Source of the DNA: Candidatus Obscuribacteraceae bacterium
GTDB taxonomy: Bacteria; Cyanobacteriota; Vampirovibrionia; Obscuribacterales; Obscuribacteraceae
Assembly (NCBI GenBank): GCA_044226015.1
Contig: JBGAHS010000001.1
Location: 1,322,611 to 1,386,610 of the forward strand
Length of the DNA stretch: 64,000 nucleotides
Direction: 5' to 3'
Shown here piece by piece: positions 41,214-50,047 of the stretch; position 1 is the stretch's first letter, and the number at the start of each line of letters is the position of its first letter. Both the position numbers and the translations under genes were made by a program. Under the pieces are notes generated by a model. The model saw only the letters and a list, made by a program, of their open reading frames with translations. It had not been told where the DNA came from and made no database searches.

Positions 41214-42032
41214 TTAGGAGGCGAGCTTGAAACCTGCTACTTGTTTCAGATAGTCTCGCAATGAGGCAATCCAGAATTGGAGCTGAGCTGTTGTAACATC
41301 GAAACCGTCGGTGGCTTCCAACTTTGCAAGGCATTCGTAAAGCTGGCGCGACGATTCCAGTGAACGAACCGACAACTCTTCGATTGTAGCGATGTGTTGC
41401 TCTGATCTTCCGGTCGAAAGGGTTATGAGTTTGTTTTGTGCACGGCTAAGACCCATGATGAAAAGCCCGCGCTTCCATGGCTCGCAATTATTCAACACCA
41501 CTCGGATCATGAACTTCTCTGGAACGCCTGCTGCAGGCATCTGGTCCATATCTTCTTGGATTTCGACTACCTTTTTTCTCTTTGTCTTGAACTGTGCTCC
41601 CCATGCTGCTGGTTTCAAATCCTCTGAGGTAATTTGTGACTCAACCAATTGCGAGCCGAATAATCTGCAGGCTATGCATGTGTGTTTCTCAACTGCTTTG
41701 ACTAACCCTTCGTTGTCTTCGCCATAACGTATCAATAAATCTTGGAGATAAGTGCCACCATCATTTTTTGGTTCGCCAAGCCTAATGCAAGCCTTATCGC
41801 GATTGAAACTGTCGCACACATACCCAGGTCCTAGTGTTTCTTTCAACAACGACTCCACTTGCCTGCGCAAAAAAGTCTTGAAATTAGATCCAGAGATGTA
41901 AGGCATACCTGAGAGGTCTTTTAAAGTATAGAGGTCTGGGGAATTTCGCCTTCCGTCTCCGGATTGTTCGAGACGAGCACCATTTTTACATTTGATGAAA
42001 CCTGTGAGAACCACGCGGGATTGAAAACTCAT
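41214..42032 (-). CDS. Solo, diverged CRISPR type III Cas7-group RAMP protein (Csx7/Csm3-like)
   Basis: FQSRVVLTG, PDLYTLKDLSGMPYISGSNFKTFLRRQVESLL (compare D.PV.RD..G.PYIPGSS.KG.LR), Zn-type C..C and CIACRLFGS, and NCEPWKRGLFIMGL. The Gly-rich loop is degraded to LSTGRSEQH. Confidence 0.8.
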   Translation of the reverse strand: MSFQSRVVLTGFIKCKNGARLEQSGDGRRNSPDLYTLKDLSGMPYISGSNFKTFLRRQVESLLKETLGPGYVCDSFNRDKACIRLGEPKNDGGTYLQDLLIRYGEDNEGLVKAVEKHTCIACRLFGSQLVESQITSEDLKPAAWGAQFKTKRKKVVEIQEDMDQMPAAGVPEKFMIRVVLNNCEPWKRGLFIMGLSRAQNKLITLSTGRSEQHIATIEELSVRSLESSRQLYECLAKLEATDGFDVTTAQLQFWIASLRDYLKQVAGFKLAS

Positions 42033-42075
42033 TGTGGTGCTACCTCGCTAATACGAACTGTTGGGGGCAAGATAT

Positions 42076-42152
42076 GGCACCTGACGACACTGCTGCGTAA
42101 GCAGAACGCCGAGCTAAGTAGCTGGCGGTATCAAATATGGTGCCCTTACGGG
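42076..42152 (-). promoter_or_regulatory. Candidate structured RNA leader of the Cas7-like gene
   Basis: The minus strand folds by eye into nested stems GGCACC/GGUGCC, GAUAC/GUGUC, CGCC-AGCU/AGCU-C-GGCG and CUGC/GCAG. Confidence 0.45.
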
Positions 42153-42400
42153 TTTCTCTCAAACTTTATTGCGTAACAGTATACACAGTTAATCTATAAC
42201 AGGATCGTCGTTACCAAAAATCGCGGGTTAAAAATAGTTCTTGTCAACTTCGTGCTTACGGAATACTGCATGCTGCCCCGTTCGGGCGGGGTCTGGTTAT
42301 CTAACTTGCCCGCTGATAGATGACGCCAACTGTTTGCAGGATTACCGGTAGACATTCGACGATGCATTTCTTTTGCTTGCAACACGAGCTGTTTCTGGGG

Positions 42401-42840
42401 GTCGGGACGGCAAGCGAGATCCGCCAATGGGTGGCGTGAGGACAGTAAGCCAGATCTGGCAGCTGGAGCCAGGCGGCAGGGCTTCAATCAGATCTGGCAG
42501 CTGGAGCCAGGCGGCAGGGCTTCAATCCAGATCTGCCAGCCGGAGCCAGGAGTGAGGACAGTAAGCCAGATCTGCCAGCCGGAGCCAGGAGTGAGGACAG
42601 TAAGCCAGATCTGCCAGCCGGAGCCGGGAGTCAGGACGGCAAGCGAGATCCGCCAATGGGTGGCGTGAGGACCGTAAGCCAGATCTGCCAGCCGGAGCCG
42701 GGAGTCAGGACGGCAAGCGAGATCCGCCAATGGGTGGCGTGAGGACCGTAAGCCAGAGCTTGCAGCTGGAGCCAGGAGTCAGGGCTGCAAGCCAGATCTG
42801 GCAAGCTGGAGCCAGGCGGTAGGACGCTAACCGCAAGCCA
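42401..42840. repeat. Mosaic GC-rich tandem array of 35- and 38/39-bp units (11 units)
   Basis: AGATC anchors at 42417, 42452, 42490, 42529, 42568, 42607, 42646, 42681, 42720, 42755 (variant) and 42794. Confidence 0.9.
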
Positions 42841-43033
42841 AGTTCATCATAGATGTTCGGAATCCAAGTTCGCGAGCAATGGTGACGAGCCGGTTTTTGT
42901 GCCGGCCCCGCGAGAAAATCTCGCCGGACGCCTAGGTGTCGGACCATTAGGTGTCGGACCATGGTTCTCTTTATCTCGCACGGCATTTGCACGGCAGTTT
43001 CTATATCGTCGATTTGTTGGGCGAGGAAAATCG

Positions 43034-43588
43034 ATGGATAGATTCACGTTTAAGGCAGAACCGGAGTCGAGTAAGACTCATAACAATCCTGGAGATGTTT
43101 GGCTTTCTGAGTTACTCCAGCATAGCGAATTGAGGTCAGTTCCCATAAAACCACGAATTTCTGATTTGCCACCACAGCACGCGGAAAAGTCTGATGAAAA
43201 AAAGATTGAAGAAGTCGCCACCACTTTAGCTTCGCAGCTCACAGCAAAAGTGTCCACGATGAAGGATTGTACGAGCAATCGGTGTGAACCGACCCATTTG
43301 AACATGTTCAATCCGAAGGCTCTACCGCACGGTATCGTTGGTGTTCAGCTTGACTTCGAACTCGAAAGAGGCGGAAAAAATGGACGGACAATTGACGAAA
43401 CTATGTTAGTTGGAAATGAGTCCAATAAGCCGCAAGAAGATCTGAATCGCACTCTAAACCAGCTAGTTAGCTCCGGTGCCGAGGACGGTCAATTTAGGCT
43501 AAAGCTTGAAGCCAAAGACTCTGCTTTAGGCTCTTTTCGGGAAATGGAGGGAACTGTTCACGTGCATCTTTTGCGTGGCTTGAACTGA
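43034..43588 (+). CDS. Hypothetical protein
   Basis: ATG at 43034 with a GAGG RBS lies inside the 42899..43588 ORF. No family recognised. Confidence 0.6.
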   Translation: MDRFTFKAEPESSKTHNNPGDVWLSELLQHSELRSVPIKPRISDLPPQHAEKSDEKKIEEVATTLASQLTAKVSTMKDCTSNRCEPTHLNMFNPKALPHGIVGVQLDFELERGGKNGRTIDETMLVGNESNKPQEDLNRTLNQLVSSGAEDGQFRLKLEAKDSALGSFREMEGTVHVHLLRGLN

Positions 43589-43792
43589 GCTTATCTGTCA
43601 TGTGTGCTTGTAACATCTCTTTCTCCGTCACTTGCGTGGCTTAGCTCATTCTTTTGGCGTTCGCCAGGCAGGACCAGTGGACCTGCTCGTTGTGCAGTTT
43701 CGTTAGAAGGCGCGACTCTGCAGTTGCTTAATTGAGTCACGTGGGAAGTCGCATCTAGTTGACTGGAAGGTGCTTCTGATCCGTTTGACTGG

Positions 43793-44100
43793 CGTGAGGC
43801 TGTCTCATCCGCCACGGATGCGTGGGGCTGACTCCTCCGTTATGGATGCGTGCTGCTGCTTCATCTGACATGGATGCGTGGGGCTGTCTCATCGTCCATG
43901 GATGCGTGGGGCTGTCTCATCCGCCGGATGCGTGGGGCTGTCTCATCCGCCATGGATGCGTGGGGCTGTCTCATCCGCCACGGATGCGTGGGGCTGTCTC
44001 ATCTGACATGGATGCGTGGGGCTGACTCCTCCGACATGGATGCGTGCTGCTGCTTCATCTGACATGGATGCGTGGGGCTGTCTCATCGGCCACGGAAGCG
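43793..44100. repeat. 28-bp palindromic (REP-like) tandem repeat, about 11 copies
   Basis: GGATGCGTGGGGCTGTCTCATCCGCCAT units (GGATGCG at 43816, 43844, 43872, 43900, 43926, 43954 ... 44066) form CATCC-n5-GGATG hairpins. The array lies between convergent genes. Confidence 0.92.
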
Positions 44101-44168
44101 CCTTGCCCGTCGGGAAGGTGAGCCAACGTAATCATGTCGGATGAAAAAGCCCCACATGCGTGGACTGT

Positions 44169-45014
44169 TCATTCGTCGTGACTTGCGTGTGTACTCCAGA
44201 GTTCACCGCCTGGGCGGTTGACCTGGTTGATCCAGTCTCCGAATTTTCCACCAGATTTCCAGATGAGTTTTGGTGGTCCACTCTTCGTCAATGAATAAAC
44301 GGTGTACATGTGATAGTTCGAGTCGTTCAATTTTTCGTGTATAAATGCGATTTCCTGTTTGCCATCGTGATCTACATCGGCAGCTGAAACTGTATCCAGC
44401 TTTTGTCCGGTTTTGGGATCGACGACAGTGACATATTCCATCGGCGGAGTGTATTCGGTCAATACGACTCTTCCGTTCTTTAACCATTGCATGGCGGCTA
44501 TCCATCGTCCGTAAATTTTACCCATGCGAAGAACGTAGCCGCCAACTTTGTGATTTTTCCACTCCAAGCTGTTCAAGAATCCTTTATCCATTGAGCTAGG
44601 CGGCAGATGTGATGTCCACGACTTTACTGTATCGGCCTTGTTTGCACTGTCCCCTTTTGTATTGTCACTCACAACTCCGTGCTTAACTTTGTTTGCACTC
44701 TCTGCTCTATCAGCGACGTCATCACCGTCGTTCTTATTCGCATTATTGCTCTTGGGGATGTCGCCCTTACTTGTTGTGGCAGGAGCCGCCGCTAGCATGA
44801 GACCCACCGTATCTTTAGCGGTCTTTCTAATTCCGATGGAGTCGGAGCTTTCGTTGTAGGCAGTTTCTTTTCCATAAAAGTTTGCAGAATCGGCTTTGCG
44901 ATTCGAAACACAATCACACATGGTTGGTGCTGCTAAAACACGAGAAAAGGTAGTCGGCGCCAAAACGAAGAACACCGAGCAAAATATGCAGCTGATTTGC
45001 GTGGTTCGGTCCAT
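44169..45014 (-). CDS. Secreted hypothetical protein with an FG-GAP/DxDxDG-like Ca-binding motif
   Basis: Signal-peptide-like N-terminus and AADVDHDGKQEIAF. Confidence 0.7.
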   Translation of the reverse strand: MDRTTQISCIFCSVFFVLAPTTFSRVLAAPTMCDCVSNRKADSANFYGKETAYNESSDSIGIRKTAKDTVGLMLAAAPATTSKGDIPKSNNANKNDGDDVADRAESANKVKHGVVSDNTKGDSANKADTVKSWTSHLPPSSMDKGFLNSLEWKNHKVGGYVLRMGKIYGRWIAAMQWLKNGRVVLTEYTPPMEYVTVVDPKTGQKLDTVSAADVDHDGKQEIAFIHEKLNDSNYHMYTVYSLTKSGPPKLIWKSGGKFGDWINQVNRPGGELWSTHASHDE

Positions 45015-45273
45015 AAATCCATTTTTCCACTGAGTGCCTTGATTGTGCTCAGGGTTATCACCGTAATTGCATTAAATTAAATTTCCATCACGAAGTCCTG
45101 ATGATAATAATTACACTTTTAGACCTTTTCATCGTCGCATCAAAAAGACAAAGCTCTCGAAACCTTTGTTATTGTTGTCGTTGCTTAGGACACCCCAGTA
45201 TCCAAGATGAACTGCGTTCAATGATTTTTGATTCGCATCTAATAGATCATGGGTCTGTCAACGGAGACAGGCA

Positions 45274-46758
45274 GTGCTATTCAATAGTTTTACCTACTTA
45301 CTTTTCTTACCACTTGTGGCGTTGGTCTATTGGACGGCTCCGCAACGAGCGAGACATCTCATCCTCCTGCTAGCGAGCTATTTCTTCTACATGAGCTGGA
45401 TGAAGATCTACGGCTTGCTTCTGTTCGGATTGACTGCAATCAATTATTTGCTTGGAATTTCTCTGGCAAGCTCGAAGTCGCATTCATCTCGCCGATTGAT
45501 TTTTATCGCTGGATTGAGTGCAAATTTGGGCTGTTTGGCGCTTTTCAAATATACCAATTTCTTCATTGACTCGGTCCGGCAAATTAATGCCGCGCTTGCG
45601 CATGCCTTTGGTGTGCCTATTGTCGCTGATCTAGCCAGTCTGCCTGATCTACCCATCATTCTTCCACTGGGGATCTCATTCTTTGTTTTTGAATTCATCC
45701 ACTATCTAGCAGATGTGTTCAAGGGCGAGAAGCCTATGAAGTCGCCTGTCAGATTTGCACTGTTCGCGGCATTCTTTCCTTCGCAAATTGCTGGTCCCAT
45801 CAAGCGTTTTGAAGATTTCGAAAACCAGCTCACTGCGTCAGCACAATTTTCGAAACAACTGTTTCAATCTGGACTTCTGCTGATTTTGCAGGGACTCTTT
45901 AAGAAGGTCGTACTGGGCGATAATCTTGCTCCGCTAGTGCAGGCAGGTTTTTCTGCCCCGCAAAATATGGGCACCTTCGATGCCTGGATTTGCGTTTTTG
46001 CCTTTGCTTTGCAAATCTACTACGATTTCTCTGGTTACACCGACATCGGTCGTGGATCGGCTATGGTACTCGGTTTTACGCTTCCCGAAAACTTCAATAT
46101 GCCTTACGTGGCGAAGAGTCTAAAAGAGTTCTGGCATCGCTGGCACATCAGTCTGTCCACATGGCTTCGCGATTATCTTTTTATTCCCATGGGCGGCTCA
46201 CGCAACGGCAAGGTCGCTGCCGCGCGGAACCTAATAGTGACCATGCTCTTGGGTGGTCTCTGGCACGGAGCATCATGGCATTACGTAGCCTGGGGTGGCT
46301 TCCATGGCAGTGGGCTTGCGGTAAACAGAGTTTTGGATACATTAATTGAGAAATCGCCTGCGCTCAGCCGCGCTTCACAGACCTGGTGGTGGAACCTATC
46401 TGCGCAATTGTCAACATTTTTGCTCGTTTGTATTGGCTGGGTTGTTTTCCGCGCAAGTGACATGAATGAGGCAATGGGTGTATACCAATCGATGTTCACG
46501 ATGCGCCCATCGACTGGACCAGAAGCAACAATTGCCGAGCTTTTTCTGCAGTCGAGTTTGCCAGTAGCACTGATACTATATGTGGTGACATACACGCTGA
46601 CAAAGTACTTCCCAACTTGGGGGCTTCATTTGCCAGAATCTCTGCGCAATCTTCGCTTTCCAATTTATGCCAGAGCGATCGCGGTTGCCGGATTCGCTCT
46701 TGTTGTTGTTGGCTTAGCACCACAACGCTCCATTCCGTTTATTTATTTCCAATTTTAA
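45274..46758 (+). CDS. MBOAT family O-acyltransferase (AlgI/PatA/DltB-like)
   Basis: MLFNS, LPLGISFFVF, AGPIKR, QIYYDFSGYTDI, EFWHRWHISLSTWLRDYL, GLWHGA and the terminal FIYFQF. Confidence 0.95.
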   Translation: MLFNSFTYLLFLPLVALVYWTAPQRARHLILLLASYFFYMSWMKIYGLLLFGLTAINYLLGISLASSKSHSSRRLIFIAGLSANLGCLALFKYTNFFIDSVRQINAALAHAFGVPIVADLASLPDLPIILPLGISFFVFEFIHYLADVFKGEKPMKSPVRFALFAAFFPSQIAGPIKRFEDFENQLTASAQFSKQLFQSGLLLILQGLFKKVVLGDNLAPLVQAGFSAPQNMGTFDAWICVFAFALQIYYDFSGYTDIGRGSAMVLGFTLPENFNMPYVAKSLKEFWHRWHISLSTWLRDYLFIPMGGSRNGKVAAARNLIVTMLLGGLWHGASWHYVAWGGFHGSGLAVNRVLDTLIEKSPALSRASQTWWWNLSAQLSTFLLVCIGWVVFRASDMNEAMGVYQSMFTMRPSTGPEATIAELFLQSSLPVALILYVVTYTLTKYFPTWGLHLPESLRNLRFPIYARAIAVAGFALVVVGLAPQRSIPFIYFQF

Positions 46759-46773
46759 GAACCCTTCAGTAGA

Positions 46774-48435
46774 TTGAGTAAAATGGTTGAACTAAAAGAC
46801 AAAATTGAATCAGGTATTCAAAAAACGCAGGCGGAGGCGAGTTCGAGATCGCTAGCTGGAGGCGTAGCTACTCTAGCCAGCGCTGCTCTGCTGAGTGTAC
46901 TCATGATGGGTCTGACGTGGGGCGTCGTTGAGTGTATTTTTGCTGCAGCGCATGTTGGCGAGGATACAGTTGCACAGCCGGATCCGCTGCTGGGATACTC
47001 TCATCTCGAAAATCAGATGATTACTTTTAGATCTGAGGGCTATTCGCGCTCGCTGATAAACCCAATGGGATTCAGAGATCGTATATACGCCGTTCCTAAG
47101 CCTCCTGGCGTCAAGAGAGTGTGCATCACTGGAGACTCTATGACTATGGGTCTGGAGGTTCCGCTGTCTGCGACATATCCAAAGCTCCTGGAAAAACGCT
47201 TTCAAGCCGAAGGCAAGAACATTGAAGTGGTAAATTGTGGCATGTCGGGAACTGGAACGGGACAGCAGTTTTTGGGATGGCGTCAATCTATTTCAAGACT
47301 CCAGCCCGATATGTTGATCATCGGTTACCACCTTGGGGATACGGACGACAATGTAGGCGGTGGAACGAATCCTCCTCGCCCAACATTTCTAGTTGATGCT
47401 AAGAACAATCACTTGAACGTAGATTTCGCTGATGTGGATAGATTCTTTGCTGGGGAGAACTCTAGATTTTATTCTTCGTTTGGATGGTTTCGCCGGAACA
47501 GCCGTGTGCTTGCGGTTTTGAATAAAATGGATCTCGATTTGCACGCCGATCCTGCACATAAATTGGTGATGAATGTAATCGGAAAGCCTATTGGGGCTGC
47601 CTGGTCATCGCTGTTGAAAAAACTACCCGCGGGAAATTGGCAAATTCAAGAGCGTCGAGCTATTGTTGCTGACTTGCTGCCGGGATCTAATTCTGTTCCC
47701 AAAGTGAATGCACCAGCTTCACCACCACCACCTTCACCAACACCAGCTTCCGATGTGACTGCAGCCGCGGTGTCCGTGAAGTCGGGAGACGCAGCAACAT
47801 CAACCTCTGATCCGGCAACAGAAGCTTCGGCAACGGCAGGTTCGGCAAAGCCGGCTTCGGCAACAGCCGCTTCGGCAAAGCCAGCTTCGGCAAAGCCAGC
47901 TTCGGCAAAGCCAGCTTCGGCAACGCCAGCTTCGGCAACGCCGGTATCAGGATCTTTATCAGCTTCAGGTGCGAGTTCTGAGGCAGTGCCAGCAACCGCT
48001 GCATCCGTAGCGATTCCTACTGCCGTATCTACAGTTCCTTCAACAGAAGCAAAGGCGATGCCTGTGGAACATGGACAAGCAGACATCGATTTATATCGTG
48101 GCATGATCTGGCTCCATAACCAAAGAATGCAGGTCACTCTATCCATCCTGAAAGAGCTCAATGCTGAATGCAAAGCTCACAATTGCAAGTTAGTAGTTGC
48201 TGGTCTTCCGGCATACAACAATACGATCATTTATTATCGTGAGCTCCAAGATATTCGCAAGCTTGCTGAGAAAGAGCACTTCGGATTTGTTGAGTGCTGG
48301 ACTCCGTATCCAAGGCGAGGACCGCTGGAAGACAGCAAATACCATTTCAGCACGCACTTTAATTGTGCTGGTCACCAAGTAATGGCTGAAACTCTCTATA
48401 AAAGGGTTTTTCAAGACCCTTCGATGTCCCTATAA
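46774..48435 (+). CDS. SGNH/GDSL-family membrane-anchored O-acyltransferase partner
   Basis: N-terminal TM segment, GDSMTMG, NCGMSG and HFNCAGHQVMAE. Directly downstream of the MBOAT gene. The start may be the ATG at 46783. Confidence 0.85.
   Translation: MSKMVELKDKIESGIQKTQAEASSRSLAGGVATLASAALLSVLMMGLTWGVVECIFAAAHVGEDTVAQPDPLLGYSHLENQMITFRSEGYSRSLINPMGFRDRIYAVPKPPGVKRVCITGDSMTMGLEVPLSATYPKLLEKRFQAEGKNIEVVNCGMSGTGTGQQFLGWRQSISRLQPDMLIIGYHLGDTDDNVGGGTNPPRPTFLVDAKNNHLNVDFADVDRFFAGENSRFYSSFGWFRRNSRVLAVLNKMDLDLHADPAHKLVMNVIGKPIGAAWSSLLKKLPAGNWQIQERRAIVADLLPGSNSVPKVNAPASPPPPSPTPASDVTAAAVSVKSGDAATSTSDPATEASATAGSAKPASATAASAKPASAKPASAKPASATPASATPVSGSLSASGASSEAVPATAASVAIPTAVSTVPSTEAKAMPVEHGQADIDLYRGMIWLHNQRMQVTLSILKELNAECKAHNCKLVVAGLPAYNNTIIYYRELQDIRKLAEKEHFGFVECWTPYPRRGPLEDSKYHFSTHFNCAGHQVMAETLYKRVFQDPSMSL
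47824..47943 (+). repeat. In-frame 15-bp repeat (ASAKP/ASATP) x8
   Basis: GCTTCGGCAAAGCCA units inside the SGNH gene. Confidence 0.9.
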
Positions 48436-48446
48436 GACCTAAAAGC

Positions 48447-48703
48447 TTAGATCGATACCGGTTGAAAATCGAGTTTGAAGCGAGGCGCTTGCCAATCGAA
48501 AATTAGATCGATACCGGTTGAAAATCGAGTTTGAAGCGAGGCGCTTGCCAATCGAAAATTAGATCGATACCGGTTGGAAATCGAGTTTGAAGGGAGGCGC
48601 TTGCCAATCGAAAATTAGATCGATACCGGTTGGAAATCGAGTTTGAAGGGAGGCGCTTGCCAATCGAAAATTAGATCGATACCGGTTGGAAATCGAGTTT
48701 GAA
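48447..48703 (+). repeat. 56-bp tandem repeat, 4 full copies plus 1 partial
   Basis: ATCGATACCGGTT at 48451, 48507, 48563, 48619 and 48675. Confidence 0.95.
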
Positions 48704-48754
48704 TCTTGTCTGTCGAATAAAAATTCTAAGCTATCTAGGGTATCAAAGTGTCAG

Positions 48755-50047
48755 CTAATTCGTGTCGGCGTTATACCTGGCTCTATCAGCATCTGCTCTG
48801 GCTCGATCCGACGCATCTCTGGCCAGATTAGCGTAGTTTTGCGCCTGAGTACCACCATTGTAGGCCGCAGATTCTGCTCTCTGCGAAGCATAGTAAGCAT
48901 CATTGGAGGCATAATATGCCTGGTCTGCCCAATTTTTTCGACTCCATTTATCACTTCCATAACGCGCTTTCTCTGCATAGTTGCGTGCTCTGGTTGCTTC
49001 GTTCTCAGCCCTTTGATAAGCGTTGTAAGCAGTCGCTGTTGCTTGCGAATGATCGGTCGGTGGCGCCGCTGCACTTCCGCTGCCACCACCCATAGTGCCA
49101 CCGAAAGAAGGACTGCCTCCTTCGAAAAACACTCGAAGGAGATCTTGTTTGGTCATACCAGGAAACATGCCGGACATTCCCCTGTTTTGTTGAGGTGGGG
49201 ACGGGCGGGTATAGGCATTTGGTGTGTAATTTTGTTTCGCTACAGGTTGCTGTGGTACTCTCGATACGGGAGTCCTCGACCAGTTGCTTTTGGTATCGAT
49301 AGCATTTAGCGCTTGTTCGAGATTCTGCATTGTATTAGCTCCATTAGAGGAACCATTTCTCGCAAGGTTTGGCGAACCGTACTGTTGCTGTTGTCCATAG
49401 TTGTTTTGCGGTTGACTAGCGTACTGGTGAGACTGCATTGCTGAATTCGGTTGAGGAACATACCGCTGTTGAAAGTTGTTGGAGTGTTGGGCTCCGAATT
49501 GTGTGGTTTGGTTATAAGGCTGTGCTCTACCGCCAAATGAATAGACATTTCGGGCTCCGGTATAGTTCGAGCCGGAAGCTCCGTTGTTATTTCCGTAAGT
49601 ATAGTTCGAGCCGGAGGCTCCGTTGTTATTTCCGTAAGTATAGTTCGAGCCGGAAGCTCCGTTGTTACTTCCGTAAGTATAGTTCGAGCCGGAAGCTCGG
49701 TTGTTATTTCCGTAAGCATGGTTCGAGCCGGAAGCTCCGTTGTTATTTCCGTAAGTATAGTTCGAGCCGGAAGCTCCGTTGTTGTTTCCGTAAGCATAGT
49801 TCGAGCCGGAAAATCTGCCGTTGTTATTTCCAAAGGATCTGCTGGTGCTGTTGCCATTGTTGTTGGAGTAAGACCTATTCGAACCACCGAACCCGCTGTT
49901 AAATGAGCTGTTTGATTGTCCAAAACTACCGTTGTTATTATTATCTGCGGGAAAGTACTGAGCATTTGCAGATGAACTAGAAAACATTGCTAGAACGAGC
50001 AACGAGGAAAGAACCAAATTTGTCTTCGCTGGTTTCATTTCGATCAC
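48755..50047 (-). CDS. Secreted Asn/Gly/Gln-rich low-complexity protein
   Basis: Signal peptide (MKPAKTNLVLSSLLVLAMFSSSSANA; likely ATG at 50038), 13-aa repeats GSNYTYGNNNGAS and an Ala-rich helical C-terminus. Confidence 0.75.
   Translation of the reverse strand: MIEMKPAKTNLVLSSLLVLAMFSSSSANAQYFPADNNNNGSFGQSNSSFNSGFGGSNRSYSNNNGNSTSRSFGNNNGRFSGSNYAYGNNNGASGSNYTYGNNNGASGSNHAYGNNNRASGSNYTYGSNNGASGSNYTYGNNNGASGSNYTYGNNNGASGSNYTGARNVYSFGGRAQPYNQTTQFGAQHSNNFQQRYVPQPNSAMQSHQYASQPQNNYGQQQQYGSPNLARNGSSNGANTMQNLEQALNAIDTKSNWSRTPVSRVPQQPVAKQNYTPNAYTRPSPPQQNRGMSGMFPGMTKQDLLRVFFEGGSPSFGGTMGGGSGSAAAPPTDHSQATATAYNAYQRAENEATRARNYAEKARYGSDKWSRKNWADQAYYASNDAYYASQRAESAAYNGGTQAQNYANLARDASDRARADADRARYNADTN
49560..49830 (-). 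repeat. In-frame 39-bp repeat x7
   Basis: GTATAGTTCGAGCCGGAAGCTCCGTTGTTATTTCCGTAA units on +. Confidence 0.95.

Noticed and set aside
49306..49965. 219-aa alternative-frame ORF with TTELPARTILTE repeats
   Set aside because: It is a shadow frame of the 39-bp repeat. The overlapping frame has the signal peptide and the operon context.
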